Below are positions 39,351-53,889 of a DNA stretch of 64,000 nucleotides, piece by piece; position 1 is the stretch's first letter, and every line of letters begins with the position of its first letter. The DNA comes from Octopus sinensis (taxonomy: Eukaryota): assembly GCF_006345805.1 (NCBI RefSeq), contig NC_043004.1:22072001-22136000 (forward strand), written 5' to 3'. The notes beneath the pieces are model-generated. The model worked only from the letters and a program-made list of their open reading frames with translations, was not told the origin of the DNA and searched no databases. The translations under genes and the position numbers were made by a program.

Positions 39351-40671
39351 CGATAACAACATTGATTAAGCTTCGTGCATTGGCCATACTCGATAACGAG
39401 GGGGCAGCCACCATGTATGTATGTATAATACAAGTAGCAACTACTGATGATGCCTACGAAATAGGTGAAAGTAGTCTAGTCTAATGATCCTAGAGAAGGT
39501 GATGGGATGGTTATCTCCCTTCTATGTATACATGTTGCGCTCGTCTTAGAGCATTAAGAAACTTTAACTCTTATTTCCAGCAAAATAGTTGCTTAGGCAC
39601 TGTCCACACACATTTAGTGACGATAAAAGCTTTCCTTAACGGTATTATATTGCGCATAACTGTTTATATTAATTCATATGTGTGCGCGCGCGCATCTGTT
39701 TGTAAATTTATTTTTCCAAACAGGTGAAAAACCGCCTTCACCAAATTGCGCCGATGTCTTTTCTTTTTCACTTATGGTTTCTGATGAACCACCGTCCCAA
39801 TTTTCAAATAGAACGCAGCATGCTCGGAGCATAAAGATTGCTTCGAGACGCTGCACATAATAAACTCTTGCCTCACTACCTGCCGTCACAGCAAGATACA
39901 ATAAGTAGCTCTCACCTTTAATTTGTGTACATGAAATGCTACTTATTTCTCACTGGATAGAGCAATATTTTGTTGATATTACCATAACGGAACAGTAAAC
40001 TCTCTTTCTCACGTCAATAAGAACATAGCATCCACCGGTTCCATTCTATCTCTTCGTTGTTAGTTAATCAATTGGTTAAATATATAACCGGCTGATTGAT
40101 CGTTTGTTCAATGTGCTGCTTTAAACGATCAATCGGTTGTTATTAGTCAAACTTCCTTTGTCACTGTTCGCGAGCTTATCACTAACTGACTTTCTCTCTC
40201 ACTCCAAAATTTGTTGCGTTTGTCTGAGTGTTCGTCTTATGTCTGTGTGTATGCATGCTTCTATGTATGTAGAGGTGTTTGCTTAGAAAAGGCGGGAAAA
40301 TGAGAGTAAATGAAAGTTATGTATGTTTGTGTGCGTATGTGTGTGTGTGTGCGCAGGGGTTATGTGTGTATGACTGCTTGTACAAGTTTGTTGAAGTTTA
40401 AGCGGTAGCCAACCGTGGTCTGTTTAAAGGTTTTGCCTTTTGTCCTTTATTGGTCTTGGTCAGTCTCATGTCGACTGAAGACTGATGGGTTTAAAACGTA
40501 ATCTTTAATATAGGGATGGGAAGAGAAAAACCTGGTATGTGTGTGTGTGTGTGTGTGTATGCATGGGTGAGTACATGCGTACGCGTGTATTTGTTCCGGT
40601 GTGTGCGTGAGAGAGAGTTGGCTGGACTGTTGTACGTGCTGATGTGGGTCATTCGGATCAGTGAGTGAGTA

Positions 40672-40811
40672 TCAACTGGTACTTGATTTATAGACTCCGA
40701 AAGGATGACAGGCTAAGTCGACTGCGCCGGAATTTGAACTCAGAACGTAGCCGCAGACGAAATACCGCATTACGCCCGGCCTGCTAACGATTGTGCCAGC
40801 TTACTGCCTTC
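40672..40811 (-). mobile_element. SINE family B fragment
   Basis: CAACTGGTACTTGATTTATAGACTCCGAAAGGATGACAGGC...GCCAGCTTACTGCC. Confidence 0.8.
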
Positions 40812-40920
40812 ATACGTGTGTGTCTGTGTATTTGGCGGTGGTTTTGAATATATAACTTTCTGAATCTATGCTTGGGTGTTTGCGTATGCATGCTTGTGTG
40901 CCTATTCATTATGTGTTATA

Positions 40921-41486
40921 TTGGGTTGTCCGGAAAGTTCGTGCCGATTTGTAGTGGCTTACATTTCGATTTATTTTAGAACATGGTCTAGCGCATAAAA
41001 TAGGATTTGACTACACCTCCATTTAGAGCACAGTTTAAGCTATCTTTTCGTGGAAGAAGGTTTATGTTCCAATAACCTCTATTAATTATGTAACCCTTTA
41101 AAATGGAAGATAGGAAAGTTCATTTTCGGCACTTGATGCTTTGGGAACCAGACAAAAATTGCTGCAGCTCGCCTGGGATGTGTTACCCCACCCTCCATAT
41201 TCACCAGATATTGCTCCTTCGGATTTCCACCTATTTAGGTTTCTGCAGAATAGTCTTAATGGTAACAATTTCGATTCCTTGGATAACATAAAAAGATACC
41301 GTGATGAATTCTTTGCCATGAAACCACCTCAATTCTGGGAACAGGATATTTTCAAGTTAAAGGAAGGATGGAGACGCATTGTGCAACAAAATGGTTCATA
41401 TTTGGTTGATTAAAAATGTAATGGCAAGTAATTATTGACCTTTCTCTTTCCTTTAAAAATCGGCACGAACTTTCCGGACAACCCAA
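40921..41486 (+). mobile_element. Internally deleted mariner (566 bp) with perfect 30-bp TIRs
   Basis: TTGGGTTGTCCGGAAAGTTCGTGCCGATTT at both ends, TA duplication; MEDRKVHFRHLMLWE fused to GTRQKLLQLAWDVLPHPPYSPDIAPSDFHLF. Confidence 0.96.
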
Positions 41487-41984
41487 TATATTCGAATCCT
41501 AACATGTGGAATGATAAATCATTTATTCTCGCCTGTTTCCGGATTGTACGACACACTTGTGCTTGTGCTTGCTCATATCTATGTGTGTGTATGTGTGCTT
41601 GGGTGGTGATTGCGCGCGTAAAAGTGTGTAGTAACGTGTTCTGGTGCTTCAGTGCGCGCGGGCTAGCATGTACGTCCTCGCGTTAATGTAGATGTGCCTC
41701 GGAATTACGTGAGAGTATGATTGTGGAGGCGTGCATGTGTGGTCTGGTGTGCGTGTTCGTGTGGTTGAATCAGTTGTGTGAATGAGTATGTTCTTGTGTG
41801 TGTGTGTGAGTGTGTGTGAACGTGTAAATGTTTTCTTATCTGTAGGTATTTCAGAATTTGTAACTAGTTTGATAACTGTTAACGCGCGTAACTTTAGTCA
41901 CTGTTGATTCTGGTAAATAATAATAGTAATAATAATTATTACCATTATTATGTTTTTTATTATTTCTGCTACAGGAACACGGCC

Positions 41985-42167
41985 TCGATATTGTGGGGAA
42001 TGGGGACAATCGATTACATCCATCCTCGTACTCAACTGGTACTTGATTTATAGACTCCGAACGGATGACAGGCAAAGTCGGCCACGGCGGAATTCGAACT
42101 CAGAACAGCCACAGACGAAATACCGCATTTCGCCCGGCCTGCTAACGATTGTGCCAGCTCACCGCCT
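41985..42167 (-). mobile_element. SINE family B copy
   Basis: Same motifs as 40672-40811, with head GCCAGCTCACCGCC. Confidence 0.8.
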
Positions 42168-42198
42168 TAATAATGATAATAGTAATGATAATATTATT

Positions 42199-42305
<107 letters not shown>

Positions 42306-42944
42306 CATACACACACAATTATATTTAGTTGATTATCGATTATATACGTTTACTTATCCTCGATGTAAACGTTAATATCTTCGAGGCTTACTTAATAAAC
42401 AAACAAGCCTGTTTTTTGTTTTTTTTTATTCAACTATCAATAGTTTAATAATTTTCGGAAAATTTGATTGTCATTCCATCACGCTAAGATGTGAAGCATT
42501 TATATTCACTGCAAATATATAGTGTGATAACTTTTTGTAGCGATTTTTGCAGTTTAATCTGGCCTCAAAAGCAGAAAAAAGTAGCTGTTTGATAGTGCTG
42601 ACAGCAATACTCAACTATTTTCAATTACAGAAACGTATTTTAATAAATATAGATCGATAAATTTAATAAATAAAACTGGTTTGATTTGAGACATACATGC
42701 AAAGGAGTAAAATGTGGAGTGTTAAAAATAACAATTTCTTTCATGAAAGCAGCATAAATAGCATGTCTCTGCTAACAGCATTTCGTCCCTTGCATATTTG
42801 GGACTCCAACAACCTCAGATATGAAATATAAAATATCTTATTATATACCAAGAATAATTTAAATGCAGCGAGAAATATATATGTTGAACAGGAAATTATT
42901 TCTTTATGTGCGCGCGTGTGTGTGTGTATGTGAGCGCGTGTAGT

Positions 42945-43095
42945 TCAAATGTACAGAAAATAAAAGACGAAAACAGCTGAGGGAACAAAATGCAAGTGTA
43001 TTAGTTTGTCGCTGATTGACGTTTCGAGCCAACGCTCCTCGAAAGAAAGGGTGGAGAGGAAAAGAAAATGGAGAGAACGACAAAAAACGGTCAGT
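42945..43095 (-). mobile_element. Family C pLTR-like remnant, degenerate hammerhead
   Basis: Minus strand CTTTCGA-g-gagc gttg gctc-GAAAC-GTC, then AAACTAATACACTTG. Confidence 0.55.
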
Positions 43096-43555
43096 GAAAA
43101 CGATGTATAGTTATTAAGAGTTCAACATAATGAATTTACCGGAAGAAAGTGCCTGAGTGACAGGTGGATAATAACGGTGATCCGGCTGAACTAGGGTGCG
43201 CAGGAGCTGTGTGTAAGAATGCTACGTGTGTGTGTGTGTGTATGTATGAATGGACGCAAGCCTGTGTGAATGTATGTGCGGACTAGTTAAAAACAGGGTT
43301 AATTTAAATATTGTGTTAAAGTGTACTGAGATTTAATGCAACTAATTTAGTCGACCCTAGAAATTTATTTTCTATATATTCTTAACTCACATGTATTAGG
43401 CACATATACGCATTTGGATACATATATACATATATTGAAATATGCATTGCCGTGCAAATAGTAATGTTTTTGCTTGGTTATCATGAAACAATAATCTTGT
43501 AATTATCATTTAAGTCATTATTGCATTGCATGTATGTCAAATGTATGTCAAACCT

Positions 43556-43613
<58 letters not shown>

Positions 43614-43925
43614 ATCCATACATACACAATGACGAACGTATACACATACGCTTACCTTTGTGCACAGTGAGCTCTCAACTGATACCTTTTAATAAAAAGC
43701 AGAAGACCTAATAAGGCCAGGAAAACTCAAAATTCTTAATGCTACAAAGTTTTAGAGATAAAAATGTATCTAATGAATGAATTAATAAGCGGACATTTGT
43801 ATTGGCAGCATGGCACACTCAAAACGCAACACGTTCTCATGTAATATATATACTGATCCTAATACAAATATATATATATATGTGTGTGTGTGTAACCAGC
43901 CATCTACATATCCATGCACCTGTTC

Positions 43926-43963
<38 letters not shown>

Positions 43964-45383
43964 AAATACATATACACACACGAGCACGTACACTCACATA
44001 CACACACACACACACTCACACACACACACACATATATATATATAATTCTGAACGCTTGATTTTGCAGTAAGAATAGTCATTGATAAGAATGTCAACATTA
44101 AATTAATCATTTTTTCTCTACAGATAAACTGTTCCCACATTGTGTATACTCACATATGCATTGATTTGATAGCAAACTGTGCATATATGTGCATGTATGT
44201 GATTATGTTTTCTACGAGTGTTTTTCCCAATGTATAATACTTAAATTTAATTATGTTATCTAAGAACTCGGGTATCCTGGAAATTACAGTACACATGCAC
44301 ATAAGAATTCTTACTTTAATCTAAGTTATCATTCCGTTCATATTATAAACTCTAATTAAAAACAAAAGCATTTTATTAACAATATCATTCCTCCAGTAAT
44401 CTGTACACAGTAGTTTCTTGGCAACATTAATTACACATGCTGGGAGAAAGTACACTATCAGAAGACAGTGGACCAATGTAATTGTCAATTAAACGTTATC
44501 ATTTTCACATGTGTCAATTATATATTTTCGCAATTTATATAAAAGATTATATGAAAGATTAGCTTTTGAATATTCTAGATATGAAACTCCAATATGGAAG
44601 TCTCCTTAACATGACGAGTTTCTTTAATAAATATAATTTCTTAAGCATATTCCTAATAGAAATATTCGGGAGCTGGAGAAATAATGAGGGAGAATATCAA
44701 CCCAGCAATGACAATAGTGTATAGCCATTTATTTATACAGGAATTCATTTATTTTGTCACAATAGTAGCTATGACCCGTATTCTCCCTAAGGTCTACTTT
44801 GAAAACAAAAGATCAATTTTGGGGGCGACACGTCAATTAGAGACAGGACAAGATACGCTGCGATTGAATATAATTATTCAATACGGTGAACTCGTAGAGC
44901 ATCAATAATTAAAGTCCCAAAATTCGAAAGAAATTATATACAAACTAGAGGAACTCGTGAAAAGCTGTTTGGTTACGTTATTTTTTTTTGTTTTCTTTTG
45001 GCGAGGATATTTATATATCTTTACGCCGTTGTTTCCATTATGTTATGTATCTCTTTATATTTTGAATTTTGTTCGCTAAAGATGATTGTTTAAAGGAAGG
45101 GTTTAATTAGGTTAAGTTTTCCGATTGTTTTCAATTATGTCACGATTGTTTAAACACTAATTCTTAGTCAAGAATTTAGAAAGTCTTCGATTCTATTTCT
45201 AGTTCAGGTTGTTAAAGCCTAAACGATGATAGACAAGTATTCACTGGCGAAATCGTATTACATTTGTCAGGAGAGGATATCTAAACAATACGGAATGGAA
45301 GTCGGTGTGTCAAGCAAATATATCCTCAGAGGGTGTCTAAAGATTCAAAGTTTGAAGCTATTGTGTAGAGTAATAGTCCATAT

Positions 45384-45541
45384 AGAAGTGGCTGTGTGGT
45401 AAGTAGCTTGCTTACCAGCTACATGGTTCCGGGTTCAGTCGCACTGCGCGGCACCATGGGCAAGTGTCTTCTACTATAGCCTCGGGCTGACCAAAGTCTT
45501 GTGAGTGGATTTGGTAGACGGAAACTGAAAGAAGCCCGTCC

Positions 45542-45606
<65 letters not shown>

Positions 45607-45816
45607 TGTGTGTGTGTTTGTGTGTCTGTGTTTGTCCCCCAACATCGGTTGACAACCGATGTTAGTGAGTTTACTCCCCGTAAGTTATGGATTCGTTAAA
45701 ATAACCGATAGAATAAGTACTAGGCTTACAAAGAATAAGCCCTGGGGTCGATTTTCTCGACTAAAGGCGGTGCTCTAGCATGGCCGCAATCAAATAACTG
45801 AAACAAGTAAAATAGT
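45384..45816 (+). mobile_element. SINE family A copy
   Basis: Matches 29993-30416 over its length. Confidence 0.92.
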
Positions 45817-48800
45817 ATACCAAGAGGCGCATCGTGACAAAGCAGGTTAATATTATTTATGCGAGAAGGGGATGCCTAAAAATAGAGATAAATAATAGAA
45901 AACCAATAGAAAACCAATAATACAACGAATCCTCAAATACGAAATTGAAAAGCATCTAAATTCAAGTTTATTCAAAAATCAAATATAGCTTTTAAATAAA
46001 AGACGGTATATTGAAAGTATATTTTCTACATATTATGGAAGTTATCGTCAGTTGCGTAATCGGAATAATTACATTAGATTAACATTTCTACGACAAAGAC
46101 TGAAATTTTGAAATGCCAGATGTTTTGTCATATTGTAATACGTGTGCGTGCGTGTTTGTTTGTGTGTGTGTGTATGTAAACTACAACATTCATGGAACTA
46201 TATAAAATAGAATAAAGCTACAGAAAAGAGTGACACAGTTACTGAAAATACAAGAACTGTACCTGTAATTTCACCTGTGATCTGCTATCATTATACCTCA
46301 CTATTACAATACACTTCTTAAAGTAGGCACTAAACACAACACATTTGCGTTATAATAAACCTCATTATTTTCTCTACACATGATAATTAGTCAGCTACGT
46401 AAAGCTAGAAAGGTAAGCAATTATACAATTGTTAAATTTCACGAAGTTTCTCACATCAATTAAATTACCACATGAAACGCACCTCATGAATCAGATTTTG
46501 AATTGGCTTCCAAGATAAATAACTCCACACATTATAAATGATCAATTTGAGGCATTTAGAATATTTGGCAACTAATTCTTAAGATATAAGATCTAATGCA
46601 TTTTGGAGTTTACATAATTAGCTGTCTAATATAAATAAAATTAAAAAATTAACTTAATTTAACAAACATAAAATAAACAAACGGTTAACATTTAAATTAT
46701 ACTAAATAATTATACTTAGATTCAAACGAAGGCATTATGTGTATAGAAAGAGCACTTTAAATAGTATATGTAACGTATTATGTTTCAAGATTTCATACCA
46801 CCCGTCGCTTTAATATAATGACATTTATTTTGCAAATTGATTTATTCATGCAATAACTGATAGATTACATATATATATAGACATATATAAATCATTCTGA
46901 ATCATTTGAAATAGCATTCCGACAAAAGGAATTCCCCACATAACGATATGTGAAAATTTAATGCCATATATGATATCAAGATAACACTACATAGATATTG
47001 TGATAGAATGATTATTGTGAAATGTTTTGACTTTGAAATATAGTACTATCTCATTATCGAACATGTGTCAGAATGGCAACTAAGATTCATGTTTAAAATT
47101 CCCCGAGCAAATAGAAATATACACTTATAGCCTATATTTCTTTTCACCTGATTCAGATACTGTGTCTTGCCGGTGTGGCATTTTCGAAAGAAATTAGTCG
47201 ATGATTTCAGCATTTCAGTACCATTTCTGAGGCTGATACAGTTTTACCAGTTCCTCTTTCTCGAGTGGCAAAGTCATACTTACGATGGTGAAATGAGATA
47301 CAACATAGAACGTCAATTTACATCAGTGCACACACAGTCATAAATAAATAATTACACAAACATATACACGCGCACACACGCGCAGACACACGCACGTACA
47401 CACACGCATACACTACATAATTTTTCATGGGTCTAAGATGGATATAACTTATCTGATAAGGTGTAGTTGCCCTACGCGCCTTCATGCTCATACATACATA
47501 TATACATGCATACATACATACACGCACAACACACACACACACACACAAACATATATGTAAGGTATGCAGGCATGCGTGTGGTTTGCGTATGTGTGTGTAT
47601 TTGTGTGGTTGTGCAGGCGTGTGCGTAAGAACAGTGCAATAGTCGAAACGAGGCTGTAAGAAGTTTTCGATTAAGGTGAAGACACGTGAGTGTGCAGGAT
47701 TAGGCGGAGCATATATATCGTTCTCTTTTTATCTTTTTAGATATACACGTTTCGATCCTTCTATCGTTTTCTTTCCTTCTTCTATTCACTTTTATTGCTC
47801 TCACTTTTCATATCACTTTCTGGAATATTAATACTCAGACGTAAATTTTAACTCAGCATATTGGATATATTCAGGAACTCAAACTGTTATGCATGCAATT
47901 GTGTTTTTTTCTTACGTTTTCTGTTTTATTTTATGTATAGATTTTGAATATAATATTAAGAAGAATATTATAAATCTTTTCTTTTTTTAATTCCTATGTA
48001 TCTAGGCGTGATTTTAAAACCTCTACAATACTTTCTATAACATTATCGATCCTGATTCTTTCTAGATCTCCTCTCTACTGAATTTTATTAAAATGCAGCT
48101 GTGAAATTATAATTAGTTCTTAGAAAATCAATGGTGAGCACAATTTACTACAAAGTTTTAAAAAGGGGATTTAATATAGTCTGTTCGCATTATAAATGCA
48201 GTTACTGCTTTGGTCATGTTTACATTTTTACTTTCCTGTTTTCACTTAGGGAAGAATCGTAAATATTATATATTATTGTTTCATTCTGCTTCATATGAAG
48301 TTCCTGAGAAGCAATATTGTTACAGATGAAAATGATTTAATATTCGCAAATATTTCCTTGTATATTTCTAAATTTCATGGGCGAATACTAATATAAAAAT
48401 TGTTGATAAAAATGTTGGTTATATATTTAAAAAGTTATTATTTCGTTACACATTTTGGGATTACATTTTTAGTTCATTATCTTCTATATATCTTTAATAA
48501 ATAAGCGGTGGTGTCCCAGCATGGCCGCGGCCTTCGAGCTAAAACATTTTTAAGGGTTTAAGCGTTTTGAGCTGTTTTAGAATATTGTCAATATCAACGA
48601 AACAAAAGAAGACGTTTCTATTATCAACATTTTATTTATTTGATATTTCTATTTTTCTATTACTGTCTATTTCATTTCATTTTATTTGTGACATGATATG
48701 TCAAATCTATCCGGGCAAGTTGCCGATACTGTGACATACAAACGAACAATTTAACAGACATACAAACGATCAATTTAGAGACTAGCTTTTAGTAACATCC

Positions 48801-49714
48801 ACATATGGCATTTACATTTAACTGATCACTTAATTCCAGACTGACATTCCTTCAGTCCTAGACATGCTACGCTTCGGGCCTCTGTCATTACATATCATTT
48901 ATTGGGCTTATTTTAATGCTTATGATAATAGTAATAATCTTATTTTAATACTTGTAACAATAATCTTCACAATGTTTTTTTATATTAATTCGTTTATATT
49001 TTGATGTTAGAAAATTTAAAACGCTTATTATTAATGGGATGTTTTTGGTCAGCAAATGAAAATATTCACCACAAGGTAACTGTAAAGTCCATTTTAAAAT
49101 TTAAATGGATAATTTATAGAATATGAAGTAAGGAACCAATTCTAGGATATTCTTCTCCTTGGTTTGTCTCCCAATATCCAATTTTTCAAAAGATTAATAA
49201 ATACAAAAAACATTCCAATAGCTCAATGTTTTTTCAGGCACTGTTTATGTAAGATTATTTTACGAATTAATTGTTCACATTTTATAATTCGCAAGCGGGA
49301 TATGAGAATGATCGGCTGGATTTCTAATCGATTTTTTTTCGTTTACATGTTGATGAAGCAAATGTAATGTTGTGCTCAGTGAGAGGAAGTCTTCAGTTCT
49401 GTTAGAATAACACTAAGTTATAATATGTATAAATGGAAAATAGCTGTGCATTTCTGGAAGTAAAATGTGTGGAAAAAAATTATTGAGTTTATAAATATTC
49501 TTTATAATCGTCGAAAATTATGTGATAAAATTAAAGCTTCCTCCTGTACCCGGCAAGCGCCTAGCAAATCAAACGGGAAAATGATTGATTGCTGTGTTTT
49601 TAAATCCAAGAATTTAGGGTAGTTAAATCTAGTCAATATTATCAAACACATCAGGCGTTGAGATGATAGCACGACTGACAAAATACTTAGTTGTTTTTCT
49701 TTTTTTTTACTGGA

Positions 49715-49885
49715 ATACTTAGTTGTTTTTCGTCCGTCTTTGTGATTTGTGTTCAATTTTATCCGATGCTGACTGCGTTTTATGCTTTCGAGGTCGGTAG
49801 ATAATTGCAGCTGAGAACTAAGGTTGATGTAATCAACTTACTCTCTTCTCCGAAATTGCTGGCCTTGCATCCACATTTGAAAACA
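49715..49885 (+). mobile_element. Degraded SINE family B
   Basis: TTCGTCCGTCTTT...CGAGGTCGGTAGATAA...GATGTAATCAACT...CCGAAATTGCTGGCCTTG. Confidence 0.5.
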
Positions 49886-50419
49886 TTAATAAACAGAGTA
49901 ATGCTAATTACATGCATATTTAAATTTAAGCCTGAATATTTTAACTTCAAACTTCAGGAAGCTATCTAATATAATATCAAACTTTCATTTGAAAATTCCT
50001 TCGCAGTTTTATTCAAAATATTGAAAGATTGGAAGTTCATAATTATAAAATAAATTTGCAAAAAATGTATATTTTCGAATGTTTTATGTAAAATATGTAA
50101 AAAGCATAATGTTTAAATGTCCCAGCAAAAACACTAGATCTAAAACACAAGAAGCAAAATACAAAAATCCTAACTTTTCAGAAAAAAATCAGTAGGAAGT
50201 GTTAAAGAAATGTAGAAGTTTTTAGTAACTAAAAGTTTAAAACATTTCAAACATACGAGAATTTTTCTTTCACAATATGTAGCATGACAAATGAGATTTA
50301 TGAATTGTACAGAATTCTATTTTATATTTCTGGAATACTTGTCTGATAGTATTGCAACCATTTTATGATATGTTTAAAAAAGAGAATATATGGAATAATA
50401 AAAGGCCAATAGGAAATAA

Positions 50420-50484
<65 letters not shown>

Positions 50485-51036
50485 GTGTATAATACATCGT
50501 AAATTGACTTGAAAATAACGTCAAATTGCGGTTATGTATTCATCTTGAATCCTGTGATTTATAATTCAAGACATCATGAAACAAATCAATGAAAAACATA
50601 TTAAAAGTGAACTTCAATTTATATTATGTTTAAAGCATTAAATAATATAAGATGAAAAATAAATGGAAAATATCACTGTACGTTAAAGAGAAATTTAAGA
50701 AATCATAAAATTAAGTACACTTTTAAATTGACCGTTATTGTGAAATTCGAATCATTATTTGCTCGACACCGAAGTTTGTAACTAGTTGTATATCCCATTC
50801 ACGTGAATGTAATTTTGTTTGAGAACAGATAATTTCTGGCATGATATAATTATTATTCCACTTATTTCAACAATGATTATCTGTTTATATCAGCTTTAGT
50901 AATGATGTAATGATGTTTGCATATTAAGGAAGATGTAATTTCTGTTTTTAACATTTAGACGTTCTCTTTATTGTATTTAGCCCCCAGTTCAACTGTTTAA
51001 TAGCAAATTGACTGTGGTCATTCAGTTTATTTTGTT

Positions 51037-51185
51037 TATTTTGAGTTTAAATACCGCAGATGTCGACTTTGCCTTTCATCCTTTCGGTGTCGTACCAATA
51101 AGTACCAGTCGACCACTAGTGTCGATGTATCAACCAGCCCTCTTCCGCTAAAATCATCGGCCTTACGCCAAAATTTTAAACCATT
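51037..51185 (+). mobile_element. SINE family B fragment
   Basis: GTCGACTTTGCCTTTCATCCTTTCGG...AATAAGTACCAG. Confidence 0.75.
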
Positions 51186-52232
51186 ATTAACATTTTGGTA
51201 TCGGATGTTGTATTCTCGAATGCATCTGTATTGAATCCGCAGATTATGACCTAAGGTTGATGTGCTTTCTACTTCTCTCGGGAGATTTGGCTCTATTGCA
51301 CATTTATTTGTTTCAATTTTAACATCAGTCACAATATCATTCTTTTTCTTTTATCATTTTGAAATTTAAAATGCATTGCCGAAATATTTTGTATTTGAAC
51401 ATTACAAAAGAACATAAAAATGGATATGATATAATATATCTGAATAAGAAAGAGCAGCAATAGTGTTGATATTTTAATAATCTCTAAGAATATTGGATTT
51501 AATGCGAAAAAAAACTGTGGTTCGACACCTCAAGAGAAACATTGAGGTAATATAGATTCCACAAGCTAGAATGCGTGGAAAAAATACTTGAACATTCTGC
51601 TCTGGGCGGATCTAACACACTCGCGGTGGGAAGAGCAGAAGGAAAACATGTATGCATCTAAGTAAAGCTACAATACGTGTTACCAAAACTTCAACGGATG
51701 TTGGATATTTTGTCAGCAGCAAAAACTCGTATACAGAAATATTTTAATATGTATCAGGTATGGATTTTGCACAGTCACACACACACGTACACAAACACGC
51801 AGATATACTTATATTATGTACGCGTATACGTTTGCATGTGTGTGTGTCTGTAATGTAGAATCCTATATGTACAAAATGCAGTGTCTTTTGATGTCTGTTT
51901 CTAAAGATAATATAGTACCTTTTTATGTCTACATTGGCATTGTCGATTCTTGAACATTTCTCTGTCACGGTTGTGCTTTGAAGACGAAGGTGAGAGAGAT
52001 TGGGTAATTCAGTAGCATTCACCTTATAATCCTAGCTTTGATATGTACTATGACATTTTCAAGTTCTCTAAACGTCGCAAGTTGGATGGATTTGAAAGTA
52101 CTTTTTGTAAATTTGCAGTTTATCCTGATTTCATATCTTGTCGATATATTTATCAATAAACGAATTTTGTCAAACATCTGACAGTACAGCCAGCTCACTA
52201 CCACTCTCTTGGTGTGCTGTTTAACTTTATAG

Positions 52233-52355
52233 ACACCGAAATGTGAGAGACAAATTGACCTTGATAAGATTCGAGCTGAATGTTATGGACCAGAACGAAA
52301 TGACTTGTGGCATTTTGTACAACGATTCTGTTGGAATGTGTTCCCAGAATTTTAA
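52233..52355 (+). CDS. Candidate terminal coding exon, product unknown
   Basis: TTTAACTTTATAG acceptor then TPKCERQIDLDKIRAECYGPERNDLWHFVQRFCWNVFPEF-stop; antisense frame also open; no recognised homology. Confidence 0.25.
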   Translation, partial: TPKCERQIDLDKIRAECYGPERNDLWHFVQRFCWNVFPEF

Positions 52356-53336
52356 TTTCGTATAACTTTTCCTGAGTATTTCTTGTCCTTATAATATGCA
52401 ATATGAATTATCTATGAACTTCAATATGTTACAAGCATTTGGAAAGCTTGTTGTTTGATTCAAGCATACACCTGTTTGGGTATAACTATTTGATAAACTC
52501 AACATAAAAAATTTTCTCTAACCAAGAATGTTAGTTAATACACATCGCAAATTATCTATACATAGTGTATGTTCTATAACGGTGAGATATAGTTGCCGTG
52601 AGCTACGTGACTACAAAAATTACATAATTTACCACCCGTGTGTAGAGGCAATTTACTAAAATTGATAAACTAATATTGTTGGTATTTCCAAGATACCAGG
52701 CTTTAGGGATCCTCAGGCAAATGTTCTTTCTTATGCAGACACTGCTAAGGGTGTAATGAAGAATGTTTCTGAAGAATAGGATTATATATTTGCTTATATA
52801 TACAAATATACACTGAAATTCAGTGTATATAATTGATTGTATATTTTAAACTTGTAAAGTTGTACTCTAACAGTCAGTAACACAGGTACATTTCTTAGGT
52901 GCTTCAGAATGAACCTGGTGCATGGACCAATTTAAATGCAATGCATCACACAACAGAAGACATAGCTACATAAGAACAAATGAAGTAACATCAACCACAT
53001 CTAAGTATGTATATACACACATACATATAAGATTCCAAGTAGAAATAAGAGATTGATGGAGAACGAAATACTTGCAGTTTAGCAAGTGCATAATAAGCTC
53101 AAGCAGCACCCTCTCCCTGAGGGGTGTGAAGTAAATCTGAATAAGAAAGAAATTAAAATTCTAGTGCTAATGACAAAGCAATACCAGTTTTCATGTCAGC
53201 AATAAATTGGCAACAACACACCAAGCAATTCATACATAGACAAAACTAGAATATATTAATTTGCAGCTGTACCCTTTATGCATATATATGTTTATGCGTC
53301 TGTTTGTGTGTCTGTATGAGTGTCTGTGTGTGTACC

Positions 53337-53373
<37 letters not shown>

Positions 53374-53431
53374 TATATATACGCAATACACACACATTTC
53401 TATATACACACAGATATATATTCATACACAA

Positions 53432-53479
<48 letters not shown>

Positions 53480-53535
53480 GTATATACATACATATATATA
53501 TATACACACATACATTTTACATATTTATATATACG

Positions 53536-53576
<41 letters not shown>

Positions 53577-53590
53577 GTCTTACATTTATG

Positions 53591-53626
<36 letters not shown>

Positions 53627-53640
53627 ATTATATATATATA

Positions 53641-53830
53641 CATCCAGATCGCTAGCCACTACACATTCTTTATATTCTCTTCGTTTCTCTTTCTGTGATT
53701 ATTTCTGCGGAAGAGCGTATGCTCGAAACGTTAAAGAGTTTTCCACTTCCTGAGCGTTATACTAATACATCTGTTTGTTGTCTACACCACCTGTCTACGT
53801 TTTTTTTATTTTTGTGTAAATTCTCTACAT
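53641..53830 (+). mobile_element. Family C pLTR-like remnant with hammerhead-like motif
   Basis: ttt-CTGCGGA-a-gagc gtat gctc-GAAAC-GTT-aaa (53701-53736); (TA)n on both sides. Confidence 0.65.
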
Positions 53831-53889
53831 ATCTATATATATATACATATAGAGATAGATATAGATATAAACGTATGCCCAACGAAAGA

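Noticed and set aside
39724-39860. Acceptor followed by GEKP..., resembling a C2H2 zinc-finger linker
   Set aside because: No C-x2-C...H-x3-H follows and the frame ends after ~45 codons
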